Both the position numbers and the translations under genes were made by a program. A stretch of 64,000 nucleotides of DNA, from NCBI GenBank assembly GCA_029262835.1, contig JAJCYQ010000049.1:16793-80792 (forward strand). The letters are read 5' to 3'. Below the pieces are notes generated by a model. That model saw only the letters and a program-made list of their open reading frames with translations, had not been told where the DNA came from and did not search any database. The stretch comes from Bacteroidota bacterium (GTDB lineage: Bacteria > Bacteroidota > Rhodothermia > Rhodothermales > UBA10348). Shown in pieces: positions 10,801 to 21,828 of the stretch (its first letter is position 1; each line of letters opens with the position of its first letter).

Positions 10801-11010
10801 GGTGAGGTGGTCACGGCGTGCCAGCAGGCGTGCCCGGCCGAAGCCATTACGTTCGGAAACCTGGCCGATCCGGCCTCACACGTATCGCAGGCCCGGCAGT
10901 CGGACCGCCGCTATGAAATGCTGGCCGAATTGTCCGTCAAGCCCCGGACCAGTTACCTGGGTCGCATCCGCAACCCGAATCCCACCCTTATTTCCAACGA
11001 TAACGCGTAA
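7894..11010 (+). CDS. actB: alternative complex III subunit ActB (molybdopterin-oxidoreductase-like plus Fe-S domains)
   Basis: 1038 aa. Twin-arginine signal SRRQFLQVMGASMALAG. The C-terminal half carries Cys clusters CTGCNACVVAC, CMHCENAPCEQVCP, CIGTRYCANNCPYK and ACQQACP. Confidence 0.92.
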   Translation: MIELPVIDAVPSGDDAKSPRTRFWRSVSQLERSSDFREIATNEFVPGASASPGGASRRQFLQVMGASMALAGLTACRRPVETIVPFSRPPEHRIPGVPVNYATSMPFRGALRPLLVESTDGRPTKIEGNPDHPEVQGASTALEQAALLGLYDPDRSQHVLQGGETSDWSAFKQAMGALPASSRLVVMAEPDSSMTMARLREELRQAFADVQFVEYDHATARRVSRGYAAAFGRPVRPVHNFSKASIILSLDADFLSPTDPDAVWNTREFSRSRRVEETGSMSRLYAVESAYSITGGMADNRLRLKSGDIGAFAAALSEALGLHSARVPAFADHAWIAELARELRAAGSGAVVVAGDHQPMEVHTLVAAINRELGAIGNTVTLLDAGDAASDMHEEMDAALGSLNAGNVDVLVTLGTNPLYDHPELASAFSKAATRVHVGLYVDESAAGATWHVPETHFLEAWGDGRSRQGHAAVIQPLIAPLYDDAHSAIEVMGLMATGSEQFGYDLVRGTWRNVLSGNFEKSWRKIIHDGFLAEDAFTAVTPSLDGAAVAAAATGLAGTSAPELEVIVRHDSKVFDGRFANNAWLQELPDATTKVVWDNVAAMSPATAERLGAESRLDGGKYYTDTVTISVGGASVELPVWIQPGIAEGSIQVTTGYGRSIASTREERKTNLFDLDDYTDVYGKGAIATGVGSNVSPLMQGGGRILSATVAKAGSGYMVASTQDHGAIEEEGAEVARRGLFRMATMEEYQANPDFVKDSEPAPIKEDWTDYPALWQDNHPTLSPEMQNTLYSAQQWGMVIDLNTCTGCNACVVACQSENNIQVVGKEEVARGREMHWIRLDRYFVSGDGASFEDPQMVLQPVPCMHCENAPCEQVCPVAATVHSPDGTNQMIYNRCIGTRYCANNCPYKVRRFNFFNWSKTLPAATHMAQNPNVTVRSRGVMEKCSYCIQRVREVNKQANIEERPIKDGEVVTACQQACPAEAITFGNLADPASHVSQARQSDRRYEMLAELSVKPRTSYLGRIRNPNPTLISNDNA

Positions 11011-12480
11011 ATGCCCGTGAGTTCGGCAGATTCGGAAAAGACACTCGCCAGCACGGCTGATTATCATGCGGAGGCGCCCCTCGTCCAGGGGAATCTGAGC
11101 TTCCATGATATCACGGAGCTCGTGACGGCCCACACGGAGAAAAAAACGCCACTGGCCTGGTGGGGAGCGTTCTCACTGGCCAATATCGGCCTGTTGCTGC
11201 TCGTCGGCATGGTGGCCTACCTGTTCTGGAACGGGACGGGCGTCTGGGGCCTGAATAATCCCGTCGGATGGGGATATGCCATCGTGAACTTCGTGTTCTG
11301 GGTGGGTATTGGTCATGCCGGCACGCTGATTTCGGCTATTCTCTTCCTGTTCCGGCAACAGTGGCGCACGGGCATCAACAGGGCGGCAGAGGCTATGACC
11401 ATCTTTGCGGTCATGTGTGCGCTCGTTTTCCCGACCATTCACGTGGGCCGTGTGTGGGCCATTTACTGGACGCTGCCCATCCCGAACCAGATGGAGATGT
11501 GGCCGCAGTTCAAGAGCCCGCTGCTCTGGGACGTGTTTGCCGTATCTGTCTACTTCACGGTCAGTCTTGTTTTCTGGTATGTCGGTCTTATTCCGGACAT
11601 AGCAACCATGCGTGACCGGGCGACGACGAAGGTGCGCCGAATGGTTACCGGCGTGCTGTCGATGGGCTGGACCGGGGCCAACCGCCACTGGCGCAACTAC
11701 GAGAAGGCGTATCTCCTGCTGGCCGCGCTTGCCACGCCGCTCGTGCTGTCGGTTCACTCGGTCGTGTCCTTTGACTTTGCTGTATCGATCGTGCCTGGAT
11801 GGCATACAACCATTTTTCCACCCTACTTCGTTGCTGGCGCCATTTTCTCCGGATTTGCCATGGTGGTCACCCTCATGGTGATTGCCAGGAAGGTGTATGG
11901 CATCCAGAATATCATCACGATCGAGCACCTGGAGAAGATGAACATCATCATTCTCCTGACGGGCACGATGGTTGGGTTTGCGTACATCACGGAGTTCTTC
12001 ATTGCATGGTATTCGGGCGTCCAGTATGAGCAGTATGCCTTCCTGAACCGTGCATTCGGTCCCTACGCATGGGCCTACTGGACCATGATGACGTGTAACC
12101 TGGTCTTTCCCCAGTTCTTCTGGATAAAGCGACTCAGGCGGTCGGTCCCGTTCATGTTCGCGATTTCCATTTTTGTAAACATCGGTATGTGGTTCGAGCG
12201 CTTCGTGATCACCGTTACGTCGCTCCACCGGGACTATCTGCCCAGTTCCTGGGACTATTACACGCCAACATTTGTCGACGTCCTCACGTTCGTCGGAACG
12301 TTCGGGCTGTTTTTCACGCTGTTCCTGCTCTTCCTCCGGTTCATTCCAATGGTAGCCATCGCGGAGGTCAAGGGCGTCATGCCACAGGCCGATCCACACT
12401 TCTACGATCACGCGGGAGATGGACACGACCAGGCGCATGATGTTTCGGTCACCACGCCGCAGGATCACACTCAGTCTTGA
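11011..12480 (+). CDS. actC: alternative complex III subunit ActC (NrfD/PsrC-like quinol-interacting membrane subunit)
   Basis: 489-aa polytopic membrane protein. Its ATG immediately follows the actB TAA. Confidence 0.9.
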   Translation: MPVSSADSEKTLASTADYHAEAPLVQGNLSFHDITELVTAHTEKKTPLAWWGAFSLANIGLLLLVGMVAYLFWNGTGVWGLNNPVGWGYAIVNFVFWVGIGHAGTLISAILFLFRQQWRTGINRAAEAMTIFAVMCALVFPTIHVGRVWAIYWTLPIPNQMEMWPQFKSPLLWDVFAVSVYFTVSLVFWYVGLIPDIATMRDRATTKVRRMVTGVLSMGWTGANRHWRNYEKAYLLLAALATPLVLSVHSVVSFDFAVSIVPGWHTTIFPPYFVAGAIFSGFAMVVTLMVIARKVYGIQNIITIEHLEKMNIIILLTGTMVGFAYITEFFIAWYSGVQYEQYAFLNRAFGPYAWAYWTMMTCNLVFPQFFWIKRLRRSVPFMFAISIFVNIGMWFERFVITVTSLHRDYLPSSWDYYTPTFVDVLTFVGTFGLFFTLFLLFLRFIPMVAIAEVKGVMPQADPHFYDHAGDGHDQAHDVSVTTPQDHTQS

Positions 12481-12487
12481 TAGAACC

Positions 12488-13090
12488 ATGTTGAAACAAC
12501 TTGCTACAGAAGTCAAGGCAACAATGGGTATCTATGAGCCGGGCCCGGGTACCGTCTACGGTATGCTGGCGGAGTTCAAGGATCCCGGCGCCCTCTATAC
12601 GGCCGCAAAGGCTGTTCGTGAGGCCGGTTACAAGCGGTTTGACACGCACAGCCCCTTTCCCATCCACGGAATGGACAAGGCGATGGGACTGCCGAACTCG
12701 AAGGTGGGCTTCATTACACTCGGCGGCGGCATTGCGGGCCTGGCGCTTGGTACGTGGCTGCAGTGGTGGACCGGTACGGTCAGCTACCCCATGAACATAT
12801 CCGGTAAGCCATTTTTCGCGTTTGAGCCGTCCATCCCGATCATGTTCGAACTGACGGTGCTTTTTGCGGCGCTGGCAACGGTTGCGGGCATGTTGGCCAT
12901 GAATGGACTACCAAGGCCGTACAACCCCCTGTTCTATTCCAGGAATTTCGCCCGCGCCACAGACGATGCGTTTTTCATCCACGTGGCCGCTGACGACTCC
13001 CACTTCGACGAGAAGGATACCGGTGCCCTGCTGGAGCGTCTGGGAGGTCGCAATATTGAAATAATCCACGACCGCGGAGACGCCGAGTGA
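12488..13090 (+). CDS. actD: alternative complex III subunit ActD
   Basis: YGMLAEFKDPGALYTAAKAVREAGYKRFDTHSPFPIHG followed by 2 TM helices. ATG 12488 lies after the actC stop at 12480. The listed start at 12419 would overlap actC. Confidence 0.8.
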   Translation: MLKQLATEVKATMGIYEPGPGTVYGMLAEFKDPGALYTAAKAVREAGYKRFDTHSPFPIHGMDKAMGLPNSKVGFITLGGGIAGLALGTWLQWWTGTVSYPMNISGKPFFAFEPSIPIMFELTVLFAALATVAGMLAMNGLPRPYNPLFYSRNFARATDDAFFIHVAADDSHFDEKDTGALLERLGGRNIEIIHDRGDAE

Positions 13091-13689
13091 TCATGAGAAG
13101 ACATTCCCTACCCGCCCTGTTGACTCTGGCGGCGCTGCTCATTGGCGGATGCCAGGGCTCGATTTCGGACAAACCTCCCGTGCATGTAAATCCCAACATG
13201 GATTCGCAGGAGAAATTCCGGGCCCAGGCGGCCAATGACCTGTTCGCCGACGGCCGTGCCATGAGAGCGCCCGTTCCGGGAACCGTTGCCCGTGGTTTTC
13301 TGCAGGAAGATCCCGTCTGGTGGACCGGGCGAAACGAGGATGGGTCGTGGGCGTCGTTCCCGAACGAGCTGACACTCGAGGTCGTGCAGCGGGGGCGCGA
13401 ACGCTTCGATATCTACTGCTCGGTGTGTCACGGCCTCGCCGGTGATGGCCAGGGTATCATCATGACCGGGAATTACGGTTATGTACCGGCTCCCACGTTC
13501 CATTCGGACCTGCTTCGTGCGCGCGAGGATGGCTACTTTTTTGACGTGGTGTCGTACGGAATCCGAAGCATGCCGGGGTATGGCACGCAGGTTCCAGTGG
13601 CGGACCGCTGGGCCATCGTGGCCTACATTCGAGCACTTCAACGCAGTCAGTACGCCCAGGCGTCCGACGTTCCCGAAAATCAGCGATAA
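13087..13689 (+). CDS. actE: alternative complex III subunit ActE (monohaem cytochrome c lipoprotein)
   Basis: Lipobox LLIGGC and a single CSVCH motif. GTG 13087 overlaps the actD stop (GTGA); ATG 13093 is the alternative. Confidence 0.85.
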   Translation: MIMRRHSLPALLTLAALLIGGCQGSISDKPPVHVNPNMDSQEKFRAQAANDLFADGRAMRAPVPGTVARGFLQEDPVWWTGRNEDGSWASFPNELTLEVVQRGRERFDIYCSVCHGLAGDGQGIIMTGNYGYVPAPTFHSDLLRAREDGYFFDVVSYGIRSMPGYGTQVPVADRWAIVAYIRALQRSQYAQASDVPENQR

Positions 13690-13691
13690 GC

Positions 13692-14939
13692 ATGGGTATC
13701 AGGAAAAGTAATCCGTTTATTTGGCTGTTGGATCCCCTCCGTCCGACGTCGGCCAGTGCGTCGTACCGGTTCGAGTGGTCCCAGTCCGCGTGGCTGTTGC
13801 CGCTCGCCGTCGGTATTGCCGGTCTCACGGTGAGCGCCGTCGGATGGGCTACGGACGCCTCGCAGTTTTATTTTTCTTACCTCGTTGGATGGGCATTCTG
13901 CCTGTCCCTGGCTCTTGGTGGACTCTTTTTCGTGCTGATCCAGCACCTTACAAAAGCACGTTGGAGCGTAGTCATACGGCGTATTCCCGAAACGCTGCTC
14001 TGGTCGTTTCCGCTGCTCGCCGTACTTGGCATACCTGTTCTGTTCGGTATGCACGATCTGTATCACTGGACGCACCTCGAGCTGTTCGATCCGGCCAGCC
14101 CTTCCTACGATCCGGTTCTGGCGGGCAAGCAGGGCTATCTGAACAGCACGTTCTTCATTGCCCGACTGGTGTTCTACTTTGTCGTCTGGACCATCATTGC
14201 CTACAAACTCTACACCGAGAGCATCCGGCAGGACGTGGAAGGTGCGGCGGACATCCCGGCGCGGCAGCGATTCACCAGTGCCTGGGGACTGGCCGTGACT
14301 GCTGTCACCGTCTCCTTTGCGGCATTCGACATTCTGATGTCGCTTGACCCGCACTGGTTTTCGACCATCTTCGGCGTCTACTTCTTTGCCGGCAGCTTCA
14401 TGAGCATCATGGCGTTCACGGCGTTCATTGCCATGATCCTGCAGCGAAAAGGCATGTTGGGGGGTGTCGTCACCACCGAGCATTACCAGGACCTGGGCAA
14501 ATTCCTGTTCGGGTTCGTGGTTTTCTGGGCCTACATCGCGTTCAGCCAGTATATGCTTATCTGGTACGCCAACCTGCCGGAGGAGACGCTCTTTTTCCGC
14601 CATCGGCTTGAGCACGGGTGGGAGTACCATAGCGCGGCGCTGCTCATCATGCATTTCATATTGCCTTTCGTGATACTTATCGGGCGGTGGGCCAAGCGTA
14701 TGCTTCCGCTGCTTGCGTTCATGTCTGTCTGGATGCTGGTCATGCAGTGGTTCGACCTGCACTGGATTGCCATGCCCGTTCTACATGAGCACGCACAGTT
14801 CAGTCTCTATGATCTGGCGGCCTGGTTTGGACTTGCGGGCGTTTTCATGGCGGCCTTCATGTTTCGTCTCAGTCGGCATGCGCTCGTACCTGAAAAGGAT
14901 CCGAACCTCGCCACGTCCATAGCTTTCACCAATACTTGA
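13692..14939 (+). CDS. actF: alternative complex III subunit ActF (second NrfD-like membrane subunit)
   Basis: 415-aa polytopic protein starting 2 nt after the actE stop. The position and topology match ActF. Confidence 0.85.
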   Translation: MGIRKSNPFIWLLDPLRPTSASASYRFEWSQSAWLLPLAVGIAGLTVSAVGWATDASQFYFSYLVGWAFCLSLALGGLFFVLIQHLTKARWSVVIRRIPETLLWSFPLLAVLGIPVLFGMHDLYHWTHLELFDPASPSYDPVLAGKQGYLNSTFFIARLVFYFVVWTIIAYKLYTESIRQDVEGAADIPARQRFTSAWGLAVTAVTVSFAAFDILMSLDPHWFSTIFGVYFFAGSFMSIMAFTAFIAMILQRKGMLGGVVTTEHYQDLGKFLFGFVVFWAYIAFSQYMLIWYANLPEETLFFRHRLEHGWEYHSAALLIMHFILPFVILIGRWAKRMLPLLAFMSVWMLVMQWFDLHWIAMPVLHEHAQFSLYDLAAWFGLAGVFMAAFMFRLSRHALVPEKDPNLATSIAFTNT

Positions 14940-14942
14940 GTC

Positions 14943-15248
14943 ATGAGTGATCCCGTAACAGGCGTTGAACCAGAAGGCATCAGTGCATCGGCTATTGGGG
15001 CGGTTGTAGCTGTATCGATCGTGGCCGTGATTGTCCTGGTCGTAGTTGGCTGGGTCGTATCCCAGGAGCGCTTCAAGAATATTGAATTCGAAGTCACGGA
15101 GATCTCCGGGTATCCTTTGAAGCAGGAGACAGAATCGTCCGGAAGAGCGCTTCTGATGGGTTACGAACGTCTGGATGACGAATCGAATATCTATCGAATC
15201 CCGATTGAACGGGCCATGGAACTCGTTGTGGAGGAATCTGCCAACTAA
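14943..15248 (+). CDS. small single-TM protein at the position of actG
   Basis: 101 aa with an ATG 3 nt after the actF stop. One hydrophobic helix (AIGAVVAVSIVAVIVLVVVGWVV) and an acidic soluble tail. I recognise no family. Confidence 0.55.
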   Translation: MSDPVTGVEPEGISASAIGAVVAVSIVAVIVLVVVGWVVSQERFKNIEFEVTEISGYPLKQETESSGRALLMGYERLDDESNIYRIPIERAMELVVEESAN

Positions 15249-15276
15249 ACGTGCGGTATACCCCTGCACGCTGACT

Positions 15277-16158
15277 ATGTCCACCCGCGCCTATCATATC
15301 GCAAGGCTTTGTTGCACGCCCGCTTTCCTCGGAGGCTTGCTGCTGATGCTGGCTGTCCGTCCCGTGGAAGTGGCCGCGCAGGCTACGCCGGGTTCGACGG
15401 CGCCACCTCCTGGCATGGAAGGGGTTGGAATTGATGAACAACTTGGTGCCAACATTCCGGGAGACATTGTTTTTTCGAACGCGGCTGGTGAGGAAGTGGC
15501 TCTGGGTTCTTTTTTTGACTCGGGCCGGCCAGTCATCCTGAATTTTGTCTACCATGACTGTCCCATGCTGTGCAGTGTACTGCTCGACAGCTTCACCGAG
15601 ACCATGAAGCTGATGGAATGGGCACCTGGAAGCGAGTATGACGTGCTGACTGTCAGTTTTTCGGCCATCGAGACGCCCGATCTGGCGGCCCGTCAGAAAG
15701 AAAAGTATATGCAGAAGCTGGCGCGAGCCGGCGCAGAAGACGGGTGGCACTTCCTGACGGGAGAAGACGAAGCCATACAGCAGCTCGCTGCCTCAACCGG
15801 CTTTCAGTTCAAGTGGGTCGAATCGCGAAAGGAGTATGCGCATCCGTCCCTGCTTATATTTTTGTCCCCGGACGGACAGATTACCCGCTACCTGCACGGA
15901 CTCTACTTCGAGCCGACCGATGTCAGGAAAGCGTTGGTGGAGGCGTCCAATGGTACGGTTGGCTCGGCCGTCGACCAGATTCTCATGTATTGCTTCCAGT
16001 ATGACCCGGCCGCTAATTCGTACGTGCTGCATGCGACCAACCTGATGAAGGCCGGAGCACTGTTGACCATGTTGTTCATCGGGCTGGGAATCTGGCTCCT
16101 CCGGCGAAAGGAGCGGCACAACCGCGTTCCGTCTTCGCCGATACCTGTAAACGTTTAA
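15277..16158 (+). CDS. SCO1/SenC family copper chaperone
   Basis: Signal/anchor, thioredoxin-like core with a CPMLC motif (VYHDCPMLCSVLLD) and a C-terminal TM. ATG 15277; the listed start at 15175 overlaps the preceding gene. Confidence 0.85.
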   Translation: MSTRAYHIARLCCTPAFLGGLLLMLAVRPVEVAAQATPGSTAPPPGMEGVGIDEQLGANIPGDIVFSNAAGEEVALGSFFDSGRPVILNFVYHDCPMLCSVLLDSFTETMKLMEWAPGSEYDVLTVSFSAIETPDLAARQKEKYMQKLARAGAEDGWHFLTGEDEAIQQLAASTGFQFKWVESRKEYAHPSLLIFLSPDGQITRYLHGLYFEPTDVRKALVEASNGTVGSAVDQILMYCFQYDPAANSYVLHATNLMKAGALLTMLFIGLGIWLLRRKERHNRVPSSPIPVNV

Positions 16159-16174
16159 CCGACTCTATCCCACC

Positions 16175-17098
16175 ATGGGCGAGAATGGATTTTGGCTACC
16201 CGAGGCATCGACCGCACTGGCAGGTGAGGTCGATACCCTTTTCTGGTTCGTGTTCTGGGTGAGCACGGCCATATTTGCCGCCGTGATCGCGGCAAAATTG
16301 TACTTCGTTTTCAAGTACCGCCGTCGCAGTGAGCAGGATGTGCCGACGCCGGTGCATGAGAGCAAGGTGTTGGAGGCGGTCTGGATTGTGGTCCCCACCA
16401 TTCTTGTGCTGATCGTATTCACGTGGGGTTTTGACCTGTTCGTGCAACTCAGTTCCGCTCCGCCTGACTCATACGAAATCACGGTGCGTGGCAAGCAGTG
16501 GGCGTGGGAGTACGAGTACGCAGAGGGCGTGCAGACCGCCGGTGATCTGTATGTGCCCGTTGGCCAGCCCGTCAAACTGAATATGAGTTCAGTTGATGTG
16601 CTGCACAGCTTCTTTGTACCGGAATTCCGTATCAAGCAGGACGTACTCCCAAATAGATATACGTCCGTCTGGTTCAAGGCCGAGAATGTCGGCGAGTATA
16701 CGATTTACTGCACAGAATATTGTGGCACGGCCCATTCGGGCATGCTCGGAAAGGTCGTCGTCGTTTCTGAAGAAGATTTTGCCGCTTGGCTGCAGAAACA
16801 GAATGAAGGACTCCCACCGGCAGAGCTTGGTCAGCAGGTATACAACACGCAGTGTGCGGTATGTCATGCCATAGACGGTTCGAGGAAGATCGGGCCGCCC
16901 CTGAACGTCTTCTATGGTACGGAGCGCGTGTTTACCGATGGTACGTCGGCCACAGCCGATGACTCCTACGTCCGGAATTCGATCCTGAATCCTGCTTCTC
17001 AGGTTGTGGAAGGATACCCACCGGCCATGCCTCCTTTCAGCGCATTGAGTGCCCAGCAGGTTGACGGTCTCGTTGCGTACATCAAGACTCTGGAATAG
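16175..17098 (+). CDS. coxB: cytochrome c oxidase subunit II with fused cytochrome c domain (caa3 type)
   Basis: Two TM helices, CuA site (VLHSFFVPEF, CTEYCGTAHSGM) and a C-terminal CAVCH haem c domain. Confidence 0.92.
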   Translation: MGENGFWLPEASTALAGEVDTLFWFVFWVSTAIFAAVIAAKLYFVFKYRRRSEQDVPTPVHESKVLEAVWIVVPTILVLIVFTWGFDLFVQLSSAPPDSYEITVRGKQWAWEYEYAEGVQTAGDLYVPVGQPVKLNMSSVDVLHSFFVPEFRIKQDVLPNRYTSVWFKAENVGEYTIYCTEYCGTAHSGMLGKVVVVSEEDFAAWLQKQNEGLPPAELGQQVYNTQCAVCHAIDGSRKIGPPLNVFYGTERVFTDGTSATADDSYVRNSILNPASQVVEGYPPAMPPFSALSAQQVDGLVAYIKTLE

Positions 17099-17101
17099 CC
17101 C

Positions 17102-18768
<1,667 letters not shown>

Positions 18769-18772
<4 letters not shown>

Positions 18773-19470
18773 TGGATCTCAAACCTGACGAACGGACCAT
18801 GGCAAGTACCGCCGAACACCCTGCACATCTGCAACACCACTTCGTTTCATCGGACCAGCAGTTCGATGCCGCGAAGATGGGAATGTGGCTGTTTCTGATC
18901 ACGGAAATCCTGCTTTTCAGCGGCATGTTCGTCGCCTATACCGTGTACCGCGTGTGGCACCCGGAGGTGTTCGACGGCATGGCGGCGCTGCTCGATTGGC
19001 GGCTGGGAGGCCTGAATACGCTGGTGCTTTTGGCCTCGTCATTCACCGTCGCTCTTGGCATCCACTATGCCCAGGTTGACAACAGGAAAGGGCTGGTAAC
19101 CAATCTGGTGCTGACTTTCCTGTTCGCGTGTATCTTTCTTGTCGTCAAGTATTTTGAGTACTCGGCCAAGATCGAGCACGGCATTGTACTTGGAGATGGT
19201 TTTGCGCCGCACGGCGTTTCGCACGGCGTAGACTATGCTACGTACGACGTCATGTTTGCGCAGCAGTTTTTCTCCATCTATTACGTCATGACGGGCATCC
19301 ACGGGTTCCACGTTCTGGTAGGCATGGGACTTTTCGCCTGGATTACCGTCCGCGCCGTGAAAGGTCATTTTACGAGCGCGTACTACACGCCGGTCGAGCT
19401 CTGTGGACTCTACTGGCACCTTGTGGATATCATCTGGATTTTCCTTTTCCCGCTTCTGTATCTCATCTGA
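18769..19470 (+). CDS. coxC: cytochrome c oxidase subunit III
   Basis: 233 aa with [22 protein letters not shown] 18769 or ATG 18772 overlaps the coxA stop. Confidence 0.9.
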
Positions 19471-19479
19471 GCTTCTCTC

Positions 19480-19881
19480 ATGTCGCAGCACGCTGAACAT
19501 CATATCACACCGATCAAGACGCTTGTCCAGGTCATCGTTGCCCTGTTCGCGCTGACCGTGCTTACGGTTGTCACGTCGCGCATGGACCTGGGCGCGCTCG
19601 ATGTGCCGCTGGCGCTGGCGATTGCGCTGACGAAGGGGGCGCTGGTCGTGAGCGTTTTCATGGCGCTCAAGTACGACAATAAAGTAAACGCGGTCGTGTT
19701 TGGAGTCGGGGCCTTGTTCGTCGTCGTATTCCTGGTATTCACGCTGTTTGATACTGCTTTCCGCGGTGATCTTTCGAGCACGACCAAAGGCACCATCATG
19801 GAGCAGGAGGCTGCTGAAGAGGCCATACTTGAGCGCGAACCCGATGCGTCCGCGCTGCAGTTCAACCGCTCGAACGAATAG
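19480..19881 (+). CDS. cytochrome c oxidase subunit IV (prokaryotic caa3 type)
   Basis: 133 aa with 3 TM helices (LALAIALTKGALVVSVFMALKYD). It begins 9 nt after coxC. Confidence 0.75.
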   Translation: MSQHAEHHITPIKTLVQVIVALFALTVLTVVTSRMDLGALDVPLALAIALTKGALVVSVFMALKYDNKVNAVVFGVGALFVVVFLVFTLFDTAFRGDLSSTTKGTIMEQEAAEEAILEREPDASALQFNRSNE

Positions 19882-19883
19882 CC

Positions 19884-20132
19884 GTGCTTCTCGCTGCTGT
19901 CTTTGCTCCGCTTGTTTTCACGATGGTCGTCTGGGTCGTGGTGACGGCGTGGCGGATCTGGCGTCCAGAGAAAGAACGGCCCATCGAACTATCGGCCGAG
20001 CGACTACGCCGGCTTAGACTGCGTAGCAGTGTGCCGCTCCGAGTGCGACTTGAGGATATCCGCGAACTGGAGCGCGACCGCCGTGAACGGCGCCAGAGCA
20101 TATACGACGACCTGGACGTTCGCAGAAACTGA
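19884..20132 (+). CDS. hypothetical small membrane protein with a charged Arg/Glu-rich tail
   Basis: 82 aa with a GTG 2 nt after the subunit IV stop. One TM (VFAPLVFTMVVWVVVTAW), then RLRRLRLR...ELERDRRERR. I recognise no homology. Confidence 0.4.
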   Translation: MLLAAVFAPLVFTMVVWVVVTAWRIWRPEKERPIELSAERLRRLRLRSSVPLRVRLEDIRELERDRRERRQSIYDDLDVRRN

Positions 20133-20165
20133 GTCCGCTACGTCGTCAACACGCCACCAGGGCCT

Positions 20166-20783
20166 CTACTCAGCGGGCGCAAGCAGGGTGGGAATTTTCT
20201 CCGACAGGTAGGCACCGAGCTTCGACCGCACCGCCGTCAGATTCTTACGGAAATCCGGATCGTCTACGCCCATGCGTCCGGCCACGGCCTTCAGGATATG
20301 ACACGGTATACCGTGCGTGGCGGCAACGTAGGCCACCGGATATCCGGTCATATCACTCAGGTCGGCAATGCGCTGCCAGTAGCTGAGCTCAGAGGCGCCA
20401 TCGACCGTGTGATCCTGCGTAACCAGAATCCCGTCGGGCAGGTCGGGAAACAGGTGACCGAGGGGCATTCGGGGGTATGTCGGCGCGGACAGCTCAATGC
20501 GATCACCCTCAAAGACCTGTGTCACAGAGACCAGGTCGCCCGTCTGAAATTTATCGGAAAGTCCGGTGCAGGTGCCTGCATGGAGCAGTGAGGAGACGCC
20601 TTTTTCCCGGAGAAGGCGGTCCGAGCGCAGCGTGCCCTTTATCTTGCCCACCCCAAGTATGGAAACCAGGATGTCCCCGTCGTGTGTATGATCTCCTTCA
20701 TGGAGCCCGTCAAATCTGCCGCGTTGATACGCGGCGAGGAACGGCTGGGCATCTTCGAGGGTTGAAAACAGAATGCCTATCAT
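20166..20783 (-). CDS. nucleoside phosphorylase-family protein (MTA/SAH nucleosidase or futalosine hydrolase-like)
   Basis: 205 aa with the PNP_UDP_1-like pattern (ILVSILGVGKIKG, HAGTCTGL, DMTGYPVAYVA). The sub-family is not resolvable by eye. Confidence 0.65.
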   Translation of the reverse strand: MIGILFSTLEDAQPFLAAYQRGRFDGLHEGDHTHDGDILVSILGVGKIKGTLRSDRLLREKGVSSLLHAGTCTGLSDKFQTGDLVSVTQVFEGDRIELSAPTYPRMPLGHLFPDLPDGILVTQDHTVDGASELSYWQRIADLSDMTGYPVAYVAATHGIPCHILKAVAGRMGVDDPDFRKNLTAVRSKLGAYLSEKIPTLLAPAE

Positions 20784-20871
20784 GTGTAGGGTGCCAGGCT
20801 GATGTGTGGTTACGGTCAGTTTCCGTGCCGGTATAACTGAACCTGGTCAAGAAACGAAATCTCTGTCCCGT

Positions 20872-21828
20872 ATGAAAGTTATTGACCTGCTTCAGGGTGC
20901 TGTCGCCCCACAAATATCGTACGAGATTGTCCCTCCCAAGCGGGGCAGTTCTGTATCGGATATTTTTGAAATAGTGGATGGTCTCGTTCCCTTCGAGCCG
21001 CCGTTCATCGACGTCACTTCGCACTCCGCGCAGGTCTACTATGAGGAGCAGCCGGACGGTACGTGGCGTCGACGGATCCGGCGCAAGCGTCCCGGAACCC
21101 TTGGCTTGTGTGCGGCCATCAAGGGCCGTTACGGCGTGGAGACGGTGCCGCACCTTCTGTGTGAAGGCTTTACCAGGGAGGAAAGTGAAGATGCCCTTAT
21201 CGAACTCAACTACCTGGGCATCCACAATGTGATGGCGCTCCGTGGTGATGAGGGTGGGTACAGGAAGCCCGTCACGGGCAGCCGCACGCGAAATGACTAT
21301 GCTGTGGATCTCGTTCGCCAGATCAGTGACATGAACAAAGGCGTGTACCAGGAGGAGATGGCGGGCGCTACGCCCACGGATTTCTGCATCGGCGTAGCTG
21401 GCTATCCGGAGAAGCACTTCGAGGCGCCGAATACGGCCTGGGATATCCAGAATCTGAAAAAGAAAATCAATGCCGGCGCCGACTACATCGTGTCGCAGAT
21501 GTTTTTCGACAACCGGGTATTCCTGGACTACCTGAGCCAGTGCAGGGCAGCAGGCATTGACGTGCCGATCGTGCCCGGGCTCAAGATCCTCACGAAAAAG
21601 CGCCAACTTCAGTCATTGCCGTCCACCTTCCATTTGAGCGTTCCCGAAGAGCTCGCCGCAGAAGTCATGGCAGCCGATGACAGGCACGTGCCGGAAATTG
21701 GGGTACGCTGGGCGCTGAAGCAGTGTGAGGAGTTGCTGGCCGCCGACGTGCCGTACCTGCACTTCTACATTATTCAGACGCCGGAGCACGTGAAGCCGCT
21801 CGTCGAGCAGCTTCGCAAGATGGCGTGA
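20872..21828 (+). CDS. metF: methylenetetrahydrofolate reductase
   Basis: ISYEIVPPKRG, DVTSHSA, HLLCEG, ALRGD and GYPEKH motifs. ATG 20872; the listed start at 20806 is probably too early. Confidence 0.9.
   Translation: MKVIDLLQGAVAPQISYEIVPPKRGSSVSDIFEIVDGLVPFEPPFIDVTSHSAQVYYEEQPDGTWRRRIRRKRPGTLGLCAAIKGRYGVETVPHLLCEGFTREESEDALIELNYLGIHNVMALRGDEGGYRKPVTGSRTRNDYAVDLVRQISDMNKGVYQEEMAGATPTDFCIGVAGYPEKHFEAPNTAWDIQNLKKKINAGADYIVSQMFFDNRVFLDYLSQCRAAGIDVPIVPGLKILTKKRQLQSLPSTFHLSVPEELAAEVMAADDRHVPEIGVRWALKQCEELLAADVPYLHFYIIQTPEHVKPLVEQLRKMA

Noticed and set aside
11173-12516. 447-aa ORF antisense to actC
   Set aside because: The composition is Arg/His/Pro/Gly-rich with no recognisable domain. The opposite strand encodes a convincing NrfD-like membrane protein. 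Long stop-free antisense frames are expected in GC3-rich coding DNA.
20784-20871. Possible SAM riboswitch upstream of metF
   Set aside because: The divergent gap is only 88 nt, and I could not find the conserved SAM-I or SAM-II core sequences in it.
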